40,729 bases of DNA from Candidatus Woesearchaeota archaeon (GTDB lineage: Archaea; Nanobdellota; Nanobdellia; SCGC-AAA011-G17; JACPNG01): NCBI GenBank assembly GCA_017609525.1, contig JAFCDT010000001.1:1-40729 (forward strand), read 5' to 3'. This document shows positions 1 to 9,619 of the stretch, piece by piece; the stretch's first letter is position 1, and the number at the start of each line of letters is the position of its first letter. The position numbers and the translations under genes are program-made. A model generated the notes under the pieces. That model saw only the letters and a list, made by a program, of their open reading frames with translations, did no database searches and was not told where the DNA came from.

Positions 1-84
1 CAATCAAGAATGAGTCCTAATTTTTTCAAAAAGTGGGCACAAAAAGAAAACTTTATTTACTTTAACAATTAATCTGTTATTAAT

Positions 85-606
85 ATGTTTATACCAGGAC
101 AATTAATATCAATATTAACTTTTCCAGGAGTTATTTTTCATGAACTTGGACACAAATTATTTTGTGATTGGACTGGTGTAAGAGTTCAAGAAGTATGTTA
201 TTTTAGATTTGGCAATCCTGCAGGATATGTTGCTCATGAACACCCAAGAAATTTTAAGCAGTCATTTCTTATCTCTGTTGGACCTTTCGTTACTGGAACA
301 ATTTTTGCATTATTGTTCTTTCTAATTTCAAAGATATTCCAAACAGAGTCATGGATTGGGTTATTGTTTATTTGGATTGGTGGTTCAATAGCTATGAACT
401 CTTTTCCAAGTTCTGGCGACGCCAAAGTTTTATGGAAAGAAACGAATAGACACATCAAAGATAATTTTTTAGCAGTTATTGGGTATCCTTTTGCTTTAAT
501 TATCTGGATGGCTAACGCTTTAAGTATTATTTGGTTTGATCTAATTTACGCTGTTTTACTTTACAGTTTAATTAACCCTCAAATTTGGGGATCTTTTTTT
601 AGTTAG
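85..606 (+). CDS. Polytopic membrane protein with HExxH zinc-metalloprotease motif (DUF3267-like putative zincin)
   Basis: 173-aa ORF. HELGH sits at residues 19-23, followed by several long hydrophobic segments. The family call is from memory of the motif context only. Confidence 0.55.
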   Translation: MFIPGQLISILTFPGVIFHELGHKLFCDWTGVRVQEVCYFRFGNPAGYVAHEHPRNFKQSFLISVGPFVTGTIFALLFFLISKIFQTESWIGLLFIWIGGSIAMNSFPSSGDAKVLWKETNRHIKDNFLAVIGYPFALIIWMANALSIIWFDLIYAVLLYSLINPQIWGSFFS

Positions 607-676
607 TGTCCGCTCTTTTTAATTCTATAATATACTAAAGAGATAATCTTTTAAATCAAAAGCTCTTTTTTAAATT

Positions 677-1084
677 ATGTCTTTTGAATATTTTGAACAT
701 ACAGCAGATATAAAATTTCAAGCTAGTGGAAAGACAATAGAAAAAGCATTTGAACAAGCAGCTATGGCTTTAAAACAAGTAATTGCAGAAGACGTTAAAG
801 TTAAAGATAAAATTAATAAAGAAATAAAAGCAAAAGGGAAAGATAAAAAAGCACTATTATATAACTTCCTAGAAGAATTTCTATATTTATTAGATGCAGA
901 AGATTTTCTATTCTCAAAAGTAACCAATATTAAAATAAAAGACAATACTTTAAAAGCAAATATTTCAGGAGATAAAGCAAGCAACTATAAATTCACCAAC
1001 GATGTCAAGGCAATCACATATAACAGTATGTTTATTAAAAAAGAAAAAGATAAATATGTTGTACAAGTAGTTTTAGATGTATAA
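677..1084 (+). CDS. Archease (RtcB activator/chaperone)
   Basis: 135 aa. N-terminal FEHTADIKF signature and C-terminal KAITYNSM...VVLDV are typical of archease. It lies immediately upstream of rtcB. Confidence 0.9.
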   Translation: MSFEYFEHTADIKFQASGKTIEKAFEQAAMALKQVIAEDVKVKDKINKEIKAKGKDKKALLYNFLEEFLYLLDAEDFLFSKVTNIKIKDNTLKANISGDKASNYKFTNDVKAITYNSMFIKKEKDKYVVQVVLDV

Positions 1085-1086
1085 TT

Positions 1087-1475
1087 ATGCCTGATAAACA
1101 TAAGGTATTTAAACATTAAAAAAAGAAAAATTAAGGAAAACCATAAATGATTTTGTAGACTATTATTGGCATTTTCCAAAAGAAGATATTAAATCAAAAA
1201 GGTTTATTAAAGAAATACTAAGAAAAAAATCAAGAATAAGCAAAAGCACAGGAGTCATTAGATTAATTTCTAATAAAGAAGCAAATCTACTCAATTTACA
1301 GAAAGAATTAAATAAGTTTTTAAATATTGGATCTAAAGTAAATAGAAGAAAAAACAGTATCGGCACGATTTATTTTGAATTAAGTATAAATAAAAAAGAA
1401 GAAGTAAAAAAAATGATTAAACATAATTTAATAAATAAAGAACAAAAAGAAAAATGGTTGAAATTAAAAAAATAA
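1087..1475 (+). pseudogene. Frameshifted or start-less Lys-rich ORF between archease and rtcB
   Basis: ATG at 1087 opens a 10-codon frame (MPDKHKVFKH*) ending at TAA 1117-1119. The -1 frame is stop-free for 120 codons (1113-1472, TAA 1473-1475). That frame has no ATG/GTG/TTG before 1413, and its end overlaps the rtcB start. Confidence 0.4.
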
Positions 1476-2869
1476 ATGATTATATGTACAAAATAGAAAA
1501 AAAAGATTCTATGAAAGTCCCAATTATCATTTTTGCATCTAAAAAATTATTGGATAATATAAAAAAAGATGATACGTTAAAACAGGCAGTGAATATGGCC
1601 ACCCTAAAAGGGGTTATTAAAAATATAATTGTATTAAGTGATGCCCACCAGGGATACGGCGCATGTATTGGAGGTGTTGGGGCATTTGATACTGAAAAAG
1701 GGATAATTTCTCCAGGTTTTGTAGGCTACGATATAAACTGCTCAGTAAGACTCCTAAAAACAAACCTAAAACTAAAAGAAATTAAAGGTAAGGAAAAAGA
1801 AATTGTTAATAATTTATTTAATGATATTCCTTCTGGTGTAGGTGTAAAAGGAAGAATCAAACTTGATGAAACTGAACTAGATGAGATATTAAAAGAAGGA
1901 GCTCAATGGGCAGTAAAAAAAGGTTATGGAAAAGAAGAAGATTGCAAACATACAGAAGAAGAGGGCAGAATGCAAGAAGCAGACCCTTCTGCAGTTTCTG
2001 ATAGAGCTAAAAAAAGAGGAAAGCCTCAATTAGGAAGTCTGGGGGCAGGAAATCATTTCTTAGAAGTTCAAGTAGTAGATAAAATCTTTGATGAAAAAGT
2101 AGCAAAAACTTTGGGATTAGAAAAAGATCAGATAACAATAATGATACATTGTGGATCTAGGGGGCTTGGACACCAGGTAGCATCAGATTATATTAAAGAA
2201 ATGGAAAGTAAATATGGTTGGCCAGAAGTAGACAGAGAATTAGTAAATGCACCAATCAACAGTGAGCTAGGGAAAAAATACTTTTCAGCAATGGCTGCGG
2301 CTGCAAACTTCGCATTCGCCAACAAGCAATTAATCACTCATTGGGTCAGAGATTCAATGAAAAAAATATTTCCAAATTTTAAAGCAGAAGTAGTTTATGA
2401 TGTTTGTCACAATATTGCTAAATTTGAAGAGCATATAATTGACGGTAAAAAAAAGAAACTTCTCGTAATGAGAAAGGGCGCTACAAGGTCTTTTGGTCCA
2501 GGTAAAGAAGAAATACCTAAAGATTATAGAGATGTCGGACAGCCAATTATTATCCCAGGAAGTATGGGAACAGCATCATATGTTTTAGTTGGAACAAAAA
2601 AAGCAGAAGAAATCTCATTTAGTAGTACTGCCCACGGGGCAGGAAGGTTAGAAAGCAGAACTGCTGCTAGAAAAAGATTTAGAGGAGAACAAATACAGGC
2701 ACAATTGCAACAAAAAGGGATAGAAGTGAAATCAGGGAGCTGGAAAGGTTTAGTAGAAGAAGCTCCCCAAGTATATAAAGACATAGATGAAGTTGTTTCT
2801 GTTTCTCATAAGGTTGGAATAGGTAATTTAGTTGCAAGAGTTAAACCTATAACAGTAGTTAAAGGATAA
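1454..2869 (+). CDS. rtcB: RNA-splicing ligase RtcB (3'-phosphate/5'-hydroxyl RNA ligase)
   Basis: 471 aa with RtcB hallmarks: SDAHQGYG, GYDINC, GAGNHFLE, HCGSRGLGHQV, PGSMG, STAHGAGR. Confidence 0.95.
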   Translation: MVEIKKINDYMYKIEKKDSMKVPIIIFASKKLLDNIKKDDTLKQAVNMATLKGVIKNIIVLSDAHQGYGACIGGVGAFDTEKGIISPGFVGYDINCSVRLLKTNLKLKEIKGKEKEIVNNLFNDIPSGVGVKGRIKLDETELDEILKEGAQWAVKKGYGKEEDCKHTEEEGRMQEADPSAVSDRAKKRGKPQLGSLGAGNHFLEVQVVDKIFDEKVAKTLGLEKDQITIMIHCGSRGLGHQVASDYIKEMESKYGWPEVDRELVNAPINSELGKKYFSAMAAAANFAFANKQLITHWVRDSMKKIFPNFKAEVVYDVCHNIAKFEEHIIDGKKKKLLVMRKGATRSFGPGKEEIPKDYRDVGQPIIIPGSMGTASYVLVGTKKAEEISFSSTAHGAGRLESRTAARKRFRGEQIQAQLQQKGIEVKSGSWKGLVEEAPQVYKDIDEVVSVSHKVGIGNLVARVKPITVVKG

Positions 2870-2905
2870 AGTTGTTCAACTAAAACCGCTAATTTCTATA
2901 AAAGG

Positions 2906-4099
2906 TTAGGCTTTTTTTTCTTTTTTCTCCAGCACATTCTTTCTTTCAACAATAAACTTAGTCATAAACTTGGCACTAACAGAACTTACAATAATACTAT
3001 ACAGGACAAACAACAAAGACAGATCAACTATTCCTTTCAGTCCTGGAATATCATAAGATAACAACAAAAATATAACAGTTGCAACAGCAACACCTTTGGC
3101 TGCACTTAAAGTCATAAAAATTCTTTCCTTAAAAGTGATGTTCTGCTTACGAAAAGTAAAAGTAACAGCCAAGTATCTTATAGCTAAATAAATTCCAAAC
3201 AACACTAGAGATTTAATAATAAAAATTATGTTAAGATTAAGTTTAATCATTATTCCTAGCAGAATAAAAACAACAATCTTCAGGAATTTAGTAAATATGG
3301 TGGAAAATTCCCTAATGTTTTCTTTATCTCTTAATGCCATAATACCAAACATAAAACCTAAAGTTGTCACACTCAAAACACCGTTTCCATTGAGGTATTC
3401 AGCCAAGGTATAAGAAATTAAAGCAGCAGCTATAACAGCCAATGGAGACAGCATCTTCTGAGACCAAGACCTCATGATCTTAAAGAAAATAAAACCCAGG
3501 ATCAAGCCAGTACCAACCCCGGTCATAACCTGTTGTAAAAAAATAACTGGAATTGTTTTAGTTACTAAAGTGCCAGAATAAAAATCAACAATCAAAAAAG
3601 GAATTAAAACAGCTAAAGGAGTATTAACAATAGATTCAAACTCTAAGATCTCAGCAATTTTCTGTTTTTTCTCTCTCAGAATACTCAATAAAACATCAGG
3701 ACTTGTTCCAGACATTAATGCACCAAATAAAGCTGCCAAAACAAAAAAACTTAAATCTGAAATCTTGCTGGTAAAAAGAAGATAAGTAGCTAAACTCAAG
3801 AGAACAACACTAAAAATAAAGAACACAAAGGCCAACTTCATTGCATGAGGAGACAGTTTTTTTATTTCCCCAAACTTAAATTTAGAAGTGCTATCAAATA
3901 AGATCATAATCAATGCAAAAACAGAGAAAGCAAACAAAAAACCAGCATCAAAAACAAATGTACTAAAATGCCCAAAAATCAATCCAGCCAGTAATAATAA
4001 CAATATTTCTGGCACCTTAAACCTATAAGCTAAACCAGAAACAATAATACCTATTAAAAGCAATAACGATAATAACGACAATGGGGTTAAAGGGTCCAA
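2906..4099 (-). CDS. Cation:proton antiporter (Na+/H+ exchanger family, CPA-type)
   Basis: 397 aa and almost entirely hydrophobic, with about 11-12 TM segments. The layout resembles NhaP/Kef-type exchangers. No soluble domain is present. Confidence 0.6.
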   Translation of the reverse strand: MDPLTPLSLLSLLLLIGIIVSGLAYRFKVPEILLLLLAGLIFGHFSTFVFDAGFLFAFSVFALIMILFDSTSKFKFGEIKKLSPHAMKLAFVFFIFSVVLLSLATYLLFTSKISDLSFFVLAALFGALMSGTSPDVLLSILREKKQKIAEILEFESIVNTPLAVLIPFLIVDFYSGTLVTKTIPVIFLQQVMTGVGTGLILGFIFFKIMRSWSQKMLSPLAVIAAALISYTLAEYLNGNGVLSVTTLGFMFGIMALRDKENIREFSTIFTKFLKIVVFILLGIMIKLNLNIIFIIKSLVLFGIYLAIRYLAVTFTFRKQNITFKERIFMTLSAAKGVAVATVIFLLLSYDIPGLKGIVDLSLLFVLYSIIVSSVSAKFMTKFIVERKNVLEKKEKKA

Positions 4100-4160
4100 T
4101 ATATCACCTCACATAACAAATATAGAAAGATATATATAAACATTTTCATTACATTTTTTT

Positions 4161-5348
4161 ATGAAAGTTCTGGACAAGATAAAACCAACAAAAGAAGAAA
4201 CAAAGAAAATCAAAGAACTAACAACAGAAATTCTTAAAAAAATAAAAATAAAAGACTGTAAATTAGAATTAGGAGGCTCAATAGCCAAACAAACATTCTT
4301 GCGTGGAGACCACGATATCGATATCTATGCAATTTTTGATTTTAAGAAATATCATAACAAAAAAATCTCAAACATCTTAGAGAAAGCACTAAAGAAACAC
4401 TACAAAATTTCAGTACTGAAAGGTTCAAGAAATTATTTCCAGATTAAAAAAGACAATTACATCTTAGAAATTGTTCCAATACTAAGAATTAACAAAGCTT
4501 CAGAAGCATTAAACATTACAGACATTAGTCCCTTGCATACAAAATATGTCAAAAAATTCAAAAATAAAGATGAAATTTTACTAACAAAGGCATTCTTCAA
4601 AGCACAAAAATGTTATGGAGCTGAATCTCATATTAAAGGTTTCTCTGGCTATGTAATAGAGATCCTGACAATTCATTATAAGACATTTAATAATCTAATA
4701 AAAAACATTGCAAAATGGAAATCAAGAACCTTAATTGGAAATAAAGAACTAATTCAAGCTTTAAATAAATCAAAAAAAACCTCTCCATTAATTCTTATTG
4801 ATCCTACTGATCCAAAAAGAAATGCTGCAGCTGCCTTGGGGAAAGAAAAATACAAATTAATAATTAAAAAAGCAAAGCAATATTTAAAAAACCCTTCTGA
4901 ATTATTTTTTGAAAAAAAACCATTTATATTGCCAAAAACCGATCAAAGCCTAATTGTTATAGAATCAACACCCTTACAAGGGAAACAAGATGTCGTTGGT
5001 TCAAAACTGCTTTATTGCTATAACTACATAAGGAAAAAACTTATTTTCAATGATTTTAAGGTTATAAAATCAAACTGGAACTGGAAAGATAAAGCAGTAT
5101 TCTACTATATAGTTGATAAAAAACCTCTGTCAAAGTACAAAAAGCACTACGGTCCTCCAAAAGAGATTATGCGGGCAGTAAAGGCTTTTAAAAAGAAATG
5201 GAAAAATAAGAGAATATACAAAGAAGGAAACAAAATATATATAAAGGTATTAAGAGACCATATCATAGCAAAGGAATATATAGAACAGTTAATCAAAAAA
5301 GATAAAAATATCAAAAATAGGGTTAAGGAAATAAAGGTGATAAAATGA
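4161..5348 (+). CDS. cca: Archaeal class I CCA-adding enzyme (tRNA nucleotidyltransferase)
   Basis: 395 aa. The N-terminal GGSIAKQTFLRGDHDIDIY nucleotidyltransferase motif and overall length fit archaeal CCA enzymes. Confidence 0.8.
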   Translation: MKVLDKIKPTKEETKKIKELTTEILKKIKIKDCKLELGGSIAKQTFLRGDHDIDIYAIFDFKKYHNKKISNILEKALKKHYKISVLKGSRNYFQIKKDNYILEIVPILRINKASEALNITDISPLHTKYVKKFKNKDEILLTKAFFKAQKCYGAESHIKGFSGYVIEILTIHYKTFNNLIKNIAKWKSRTLIGNKELIQALNKSKKTSPLILIDPTDPKRNAAAALGKEKYKLIIKKAKQYLKNPSELFFEKKPFILPKTDQSLIVIESTPLQGKQDVVGSKLLYCYNYIRKKLIFNDFKVIKSNWNWKDKAVFYYIVDKKPLSKYKKHYGPPKEIMRAVKAFKKKWKNKRIYKEGNKIYIKVLRDHIIAKEYIEQLIKKDKNIKNRVKEIKVIK

Positions 5349-5710
5349 GCAATAAAAGTTGGTTAAATAAACTCCTAAAATATGAAGACATGCCTGAAAG
5401 CTACGAAGATGATGAATACAAAGAATTAGCAGAAATCCCGGCAGAAGAGAAAAAAGATAAATTAAGCATAAAAATCTTTGATATTAAAGATGAAAATCAT
5501 GTTAATGAAATACTGGACAAACTAAGAGAAGGCAAGACAATAGCTCTGATTAACACTTCTTATTTAAAAGATGATTCTTTCCTAATGAAGCTTGCAATGA
5601 GAAGAATCAAGAAAACATGCGAAGCTATTGATGGCGATGTGGCCGGATTGTCAGAAAATTTATTTGTTGCTACTCCCAGTTTTGTTAAGGTATCTAAAAG
5701 AGAGGTTTAA
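5345..5710 (+). CDS. sepF: SepF-like cell division protein (FtsZ anchor)
   Basis: 121 aa. An acidic N-terminus is followed by a SepF-like core (IKIFDIKDENHVNEILDKLREGKTIALIN ... AIDGDVAGLSENLFVATPSFVKV). ATGA overlap with the cca stop. Confidence 0.65.
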   Translation: MSNKSWLNKLLKYEDMPESYEDDEYKELAEIPAEEKKDKLSIKIFDIKDENHVNEILDKLREGKTIALINTSYLKDDSFLMKLAMRRIKKTCEAIDGDVAGLSENLFVATPSFVKVSKREV

Positions 5711-6429
5711 GTTTTTATTTTTCCTTGCTGCCAATCTCTGATTATTGTTTTAGCTGCTTCAACAGTATTGGGTTTGCCCCCTTTCTTCAATTTCTTCAAC
5801 TTCAAAGCAATCAATTCCAATTTCTTTTCATAGCTTTTCTCATCTTCAATCTTATAGAATTTTTCAACTTTCCCTTTCAATAATTTCAATAATTTCAAAG
5901 CAACAAACTCAGGATCTTTTAATCTTGTTGGATCCTTACTTCCAATTAACGCAGACTTAATCTCATCCTTCTCACCAAAAGAAAAAACACCCGGAGTATC
6001 AATTAATAATATCCTTCCAATTCTCACAAACTGATAGCCTCTGGTAAATCCACTCCTAGCACTAGTTCCAGCTTTATGACGACCAGCCAAGGCATTAATA
6101 ACACTGCTTTTGCCAGTATTGGGATATCCTACCACCCCTACTACAACCCTGTGCCTGGGGGCTAAAGATAATATTTTCTGTCTTAAGATTCCAATGCCTT
6201 TTCTTTCCTTAGTAGAAACATAAACACAATTCTTTAACTTCCTTTGTTCTTTTTTACTAATCAAATCAGCTTTATTAGCAACCAAAATCAGTTTTTTATC
6301 TCTTCTTTTTACTTTATCTTCTACCTCTTCATTTCTACTTTCTTCAAAACTTCTTGCATCTAGAATTTCTAATATAATATCTGATTTATTAATTATCTTT
6401 CCAACAACTTCCCAATAAGACCTTTTCAT
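5707..6429 (-). CDS. Circularly permuted GTPase (YlqF/RbgA-YawG type ribosome-biogenesis GTPase)
   Basis: 240 aa. G4 (NKADL) precedes G1 (GYPNTGKSS) and G3 (DTPG), which is the permuted order of this family. Confidence 0.8.
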   Translation of the reverse strand: MKRSYWEVVGKIINKSDIILEILDARSFEESRNEEVEDKVKRRDKKLILVANKADLISKKEQRKLKNCVYVSTKERKGIGILRQKILSLAPRHRVVVGVVGYPNTGKSSVINALAGRHKAGTSARSGFTRGYQFVRIGRILLIDTPGVFSFGEKDEIKSALIGSKDPTRLKDPEFVALKLLKLLKGKVEKFYKIEDEKSYEKKLELIALKLKKLKKGGKPNTVEAAKTIIRDWQQGKIKT

Positions 6430-6465
6430 AAAACTAACAATAAGAATTTTATATTTAAACTTATC

Positions 6466-6852
6466 TTATTCTTCTATTAACTCTATTCCTTCAACATCTT
6501 CTAAAAAACCCGTCAACATCCTCTTGATATTCCTCCCGATGCATTGCTTCCTTTTTTCGTGCATTCTAGGCCTATCGAGAGCAACAATTTTAGCATTACA
6601 TTCAGAAACAACTTTTGGTTCAAAAGGATAAAATGAAAACTCTTTATTTTTTACATACCACTCAATCAGGCTTATCTTTACTTCTAAAAGAGAGGGCTGC
6701 CATGTCTCTCCATTTCTCGATATCTTCCTAAGGTTAACATAAGAACTGATAATCCTTATACTATAATTAGATATCTCTATCCCACTATATTTAGTTGGTT
6801 CTCTTACCTCAAAATATGCACCATCGTCTGGTTTTACTAATCTAAGTATCAT
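6466..6852 (-). CDS. Hypothetical protein
   Basis: 128-aa ORF with non-low-complexity composition. No motif recognised. Confidence 0.45.
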   Translation of the reverse strand: MILRLVKPDDGAYFEVREPTKYSGIEISNYSIRIISSYVNLRKISRNGETWQPSLLEVKISLIEWYVKNKEFSFYPFEPKVVSECNAKIVALDRPRMHEKRKQCIGRNIKRMLTGFLEDVEGIELIEE

Positions 6853-6995
6853 GAAAACAAATCAACACAAAAAAAATAAAAAGGTTGTTATGTGGGATCT
6901 TCTTTGTAATTCATAAAATAATAATGATTGCACAACCGAAACATTTATAAGTAAATACTATAACCTAATATTAAACCTGATTCTGGTGAATAATT

Positions 6996-7631
6996 ATGAA
7001 AGAAGACATTAAAACCGGTACAACAACACTTGGTCTTATATGCAAAGAAGGAATTGTGCTGGCTGCAGATAAAAGAGCTAGTGCAGGATATATGATAGCA
7101 GAGAAAAAAATGGACAAAATTCTACCAATTACAGATAAAATAGCTGTTACTACAGCTGGATCTGTATCTGATGTCCAGATGCTATTAAAACTAATAAAAG
7201 CTCAAATAAAATTAGTTTCATACAGAAGAAATAAAGAGCTAAGTGTAAAAGAAGCAACCAACTTACTGGCTTCTATGGTTTATAGTTCTATACGAAGGCC
7301 AAGCATGGTGCCAAGCATTACTGGTTTCCTAGTGGGTGGACAAGATCCAAAAGGTTTTCATCTTTACAATATTGGAGTGGCTGGCTCTATAATCAAAGCT
7401 AATGATTATAAAGCAGACGGATCTGGTATGCAGTTTGCATTAGGAGTTCTTGAATCATCTTATAAAAAAGACATGTCATTAAAAGAAGGGATTAAATTAG
7501 CAGTTAAAGCCGTAAATACTGCTATTCAAAGAGATGTAGCTTCTGGAAATGGCATAGATGTTGTTACTGTTACTAAAGACGGAGTAAAAAGAGTATTTGA
7601 AAAAGAGATTAACACAAACATTTTGGTATAA
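6996..7631 (+). CDS. psmB: Proteasome subunit beta
   Basis: 211 aa. A short propeptide is followed by GTTTLGLICKEGIVLAADKRAS (Thr1 nucleophile context). Confidence 0.9.
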   Translation: MKEDIKTGTTTLGLICKEGIVLAADKRASAGYMIAEKKMDKILPITDKIAVTTAGSVSDVQMLLKLIKAQIKLVSYRRNKELSVKEATNLLASMVYSSIRRPSMVPSITGFLVGGQDPKGFHLYNIGVAGSIIKANDYKADGSGMQFALGVLESSYKKDMSLKEGIKLAVKAVNTAIQRDVASGNGIDVVTVTKDGVKRVFEKEINTNILV

Positions 7632-7652
7632 AATCTTCTTTATAGTTAAAAA

Positions 7653-9554
7653 ATGGCAGACATCCTGAACGAAATATTAAAACAGATACCAAAAGGCAAA
7701 ATATCTGACTCAGTATTTGAAGGAGCAAATATAGTATTATATACAAAAAATAAAGATTTCTTATTTAATTCTAATGGTTTAATAAAAGAAATAGTTAATA
7801 GTATCAAAAAAAGAGTAGAACTAAGACCAGATCCTGCTTTAACTCTGGATCAAGAAGAAGCAGAAAAGAAAATTAAAAAAATAATTCCAAAAGAAGCAAA
7901 TATATCAAACATAATTTTTGATCCACAACGTTCAAGAGTTATAATTGAAGCAGAAAAACCCGGGTTAGCAATAGGAAAACAAGGAGATCTATTAAAAGAA
8001 ATAAAACAAAATACACTCTGGGTACCATTAATTAAAAGAACACCAGCATTAAAATCAAAGATTATTGAAAACATTAGATATGTTCTATATGAAAATTCCG
8101 AGTTTAGGAGAAAGTTCCTCAATCAAGTAGGTAAAAGAATATATGATGGATGGAAAAAGGAAAAAAAAGAGGAATGGATAAGGCTGAGTGTTTTAGGTGC
8201 AGGCAGAGAAGTGGGAAGGTCTTGTTTTTTACTACAAACACCAGAATCAAGAGTATTATTAGATGCAGGTGTTAACGCAGCAAAGAATCTGGATGACCCT
8301 TCTGCATATCCTTACATGGATATTCCGGAATTTAAGATTGAAGAACTAGATGCAATAATTATTTCTCACCCCCACATAGATCACTGTGCTTTGGTTCCAT
8401 ATTTATATAAAATGGGTTACAAAGGACCGGTATATTGTACTGCTCCTACCAGAGACATTATGGCTTTGCTATGCCTAGATACAATTAAGATTGCGCAAGC
8501 AGAAGGAAGAAATCCCTTATATTCTAGTTCAGATATTAAAGACATGGTAAAACACACAATCTGTTTAGATTATGAAGAAGTTACTGATATCACTCCAGAT
8601 GTTAGGTTAACATTTTATGATGCCGGACACGGATTAGGTTCAGCACTATCTCATCTACACATTGGTAATGGTTTACATAACTTTGTTTATGCAGGAGATT
8701 TTAACTATGAAGTTTCTAATTTATTGGCAGCTGCAAACACAAAGTTCCCAAGGCTTGAAACAATTATGATAGAATCTACCTACGGAGCCAAAGATGATGT
8801 TCATCAATCAAGAAAAGAAACAGAAGACTATTTGTTAGACCTATTAAATAAAACAATAAAAAGAGGAGGAAAGGTATTAATGCCTACATTAGGTTATGGA
8901 CGTTCACAAGAAATAATGATTATTATTGAAAGAGCAATGAGAAATGGGCTAATCCCAAAAGTTCCAGTTTATATTCAAGGAATGGTTTGGGACATTACTG
9001 CAATACACACAACATATCCAGATTTCTTTAATGCAAAAGTTAAAGGAAGCATTTTCCATAAAGATCATAATCCTTTTTTATCAGACATATTCCAACAAAT
9101 AACAAGCAGAGAAGATCAGAAAAAAGTCATTGAATCAGGAGAGCCCTGTATTATTATGGCAACATCAGGAATGTTAGTTGGGGGAGCTTCAGTTGAATAT
9201 TTCAAACATCTAGCAGAAAACCCAAACAACACAATAATTCTTACCTCTTACCAGGGAGAAGGAAGTTTGGGAAGAAGAATAGAAAACGGAGCAAAAGAAA
9301 TTGACTTTGGTAGTGCTGAAAAACCAGAAATAATACCAGTTAAAATGGAAACACACTCTATTCATGGGCTTACAGGGCATTCATCTAGAACACAACTAAT
9401 GAATTACATTGGCAGACTAGACCCAAAACCAAAAAAAGTTATTATTGTCCATGGAGAAAGTTCTAAATGCCTGGATTTAGCTTCTTCTTTGCATAAAGCA
9501 TATAGAATAGAAACTAGTGCACCTAAAAATCTAGAATCTGTTAGAATAAAGTAA
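7653..9554 (+). CDS. fttA: aCPSF1/FttA: KH-domain beta-CASP metallo-beta-lactamase ribonuclease (archaeal transcription termination factor)
   Basis: 633 aa. The N-terminal KH-like region contains a GKQG motif, followed by the HPHIDHCA (HxHxDH) MBL motif and beta-CASP/C-terminal H motifs (GHS, VHGE). Confidence 0.9.
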   Translation: MADILNEILKQIPKGKISDSVFEGANIVLYTKNKDFLFNSNGLIKEIVNSIKKRVELRPDPALTLDQEEAEKKIKKIIPKEANISNIIFDPQRSRVIIEAEKPGLAIGKQGDLLKEIKQNTLWVPLIKRTPALKSKIIENIRYVLYENSEFRRKFLNQVGKRIYDGWKKEKKEEWIRLSVLGAGREVGRSCFLLQTPESRVLLDAGVNAAKNLDDPSAYPYMDIPEFKIEELDAIIISHPHIDHCALVPYLYKMGYKGPVYCTAPTRDIMALLCLDTIKIAQAEGRNPLYSSSDIKDMVKHTICLDYEEVTDITPDVRLTFYDAGHGLGSALSHLHIGNGLHNFVYAGDFNYEVSNLLAAANTKFPRLETIMIESTYGAKDDVHQSRKETEDYLLDLLNKTIKRGGKVLMPTLGYGRSQEIMIIIERAMRNGLIPKVPVYIQGMVWDITAIHTTYPDFFNAKVKGSIFHKDHNPFLSDIFQQITSREDQKKVIESGEPCIIMATSGMLVGGASVEYFKHLAENPNNTIILTSYQGEGSLGRRIENGAKEIDFGSAEKPEIIPVKMETHSIHGLTGHSSRTQLMNYIGRLDPKPKKVIIVHGESSKCLDLASSLHKAYRIETSAPKNLESVRIK

Positions 9555-9558
9555 TTTA

Positions 9559-9589
9559 TTGTAAATCTTCCGATTTTTTCTTGTAAATT
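9559..9589 (+). promoter_or_regulatory. Conserved upstream motif TTGTAAATCTTCCGATTTTTTC plus a second TTGTAAAT copy 22 nt downstream
   Basis: Nearly identical to the reverse complement of 25242-25265 (TTGTAAATTTTCCGAATTTTTTTC). It lies 30-60 nt upstream of the ATG at 9620. Confidence 0.35.
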
Positions 9590-9619
9590 CTTTTTAAAAA
9601 TAATTTTATAACCTAATTT

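Noticed and set aside
1108-1114. TTTAAAC heptamer just before the premature stop, considered as a programmed -1 frameshift slippery site.
   Set aside because: In the ATG-1087 frame the codons are TTT-AAA-C, not T-TTA-AAC, so the X-XXY-YYZ phasing is wrong. I also saw no obvious downstream stem or pseudoknot. Pseudogene or assembly error is more parsimonious.
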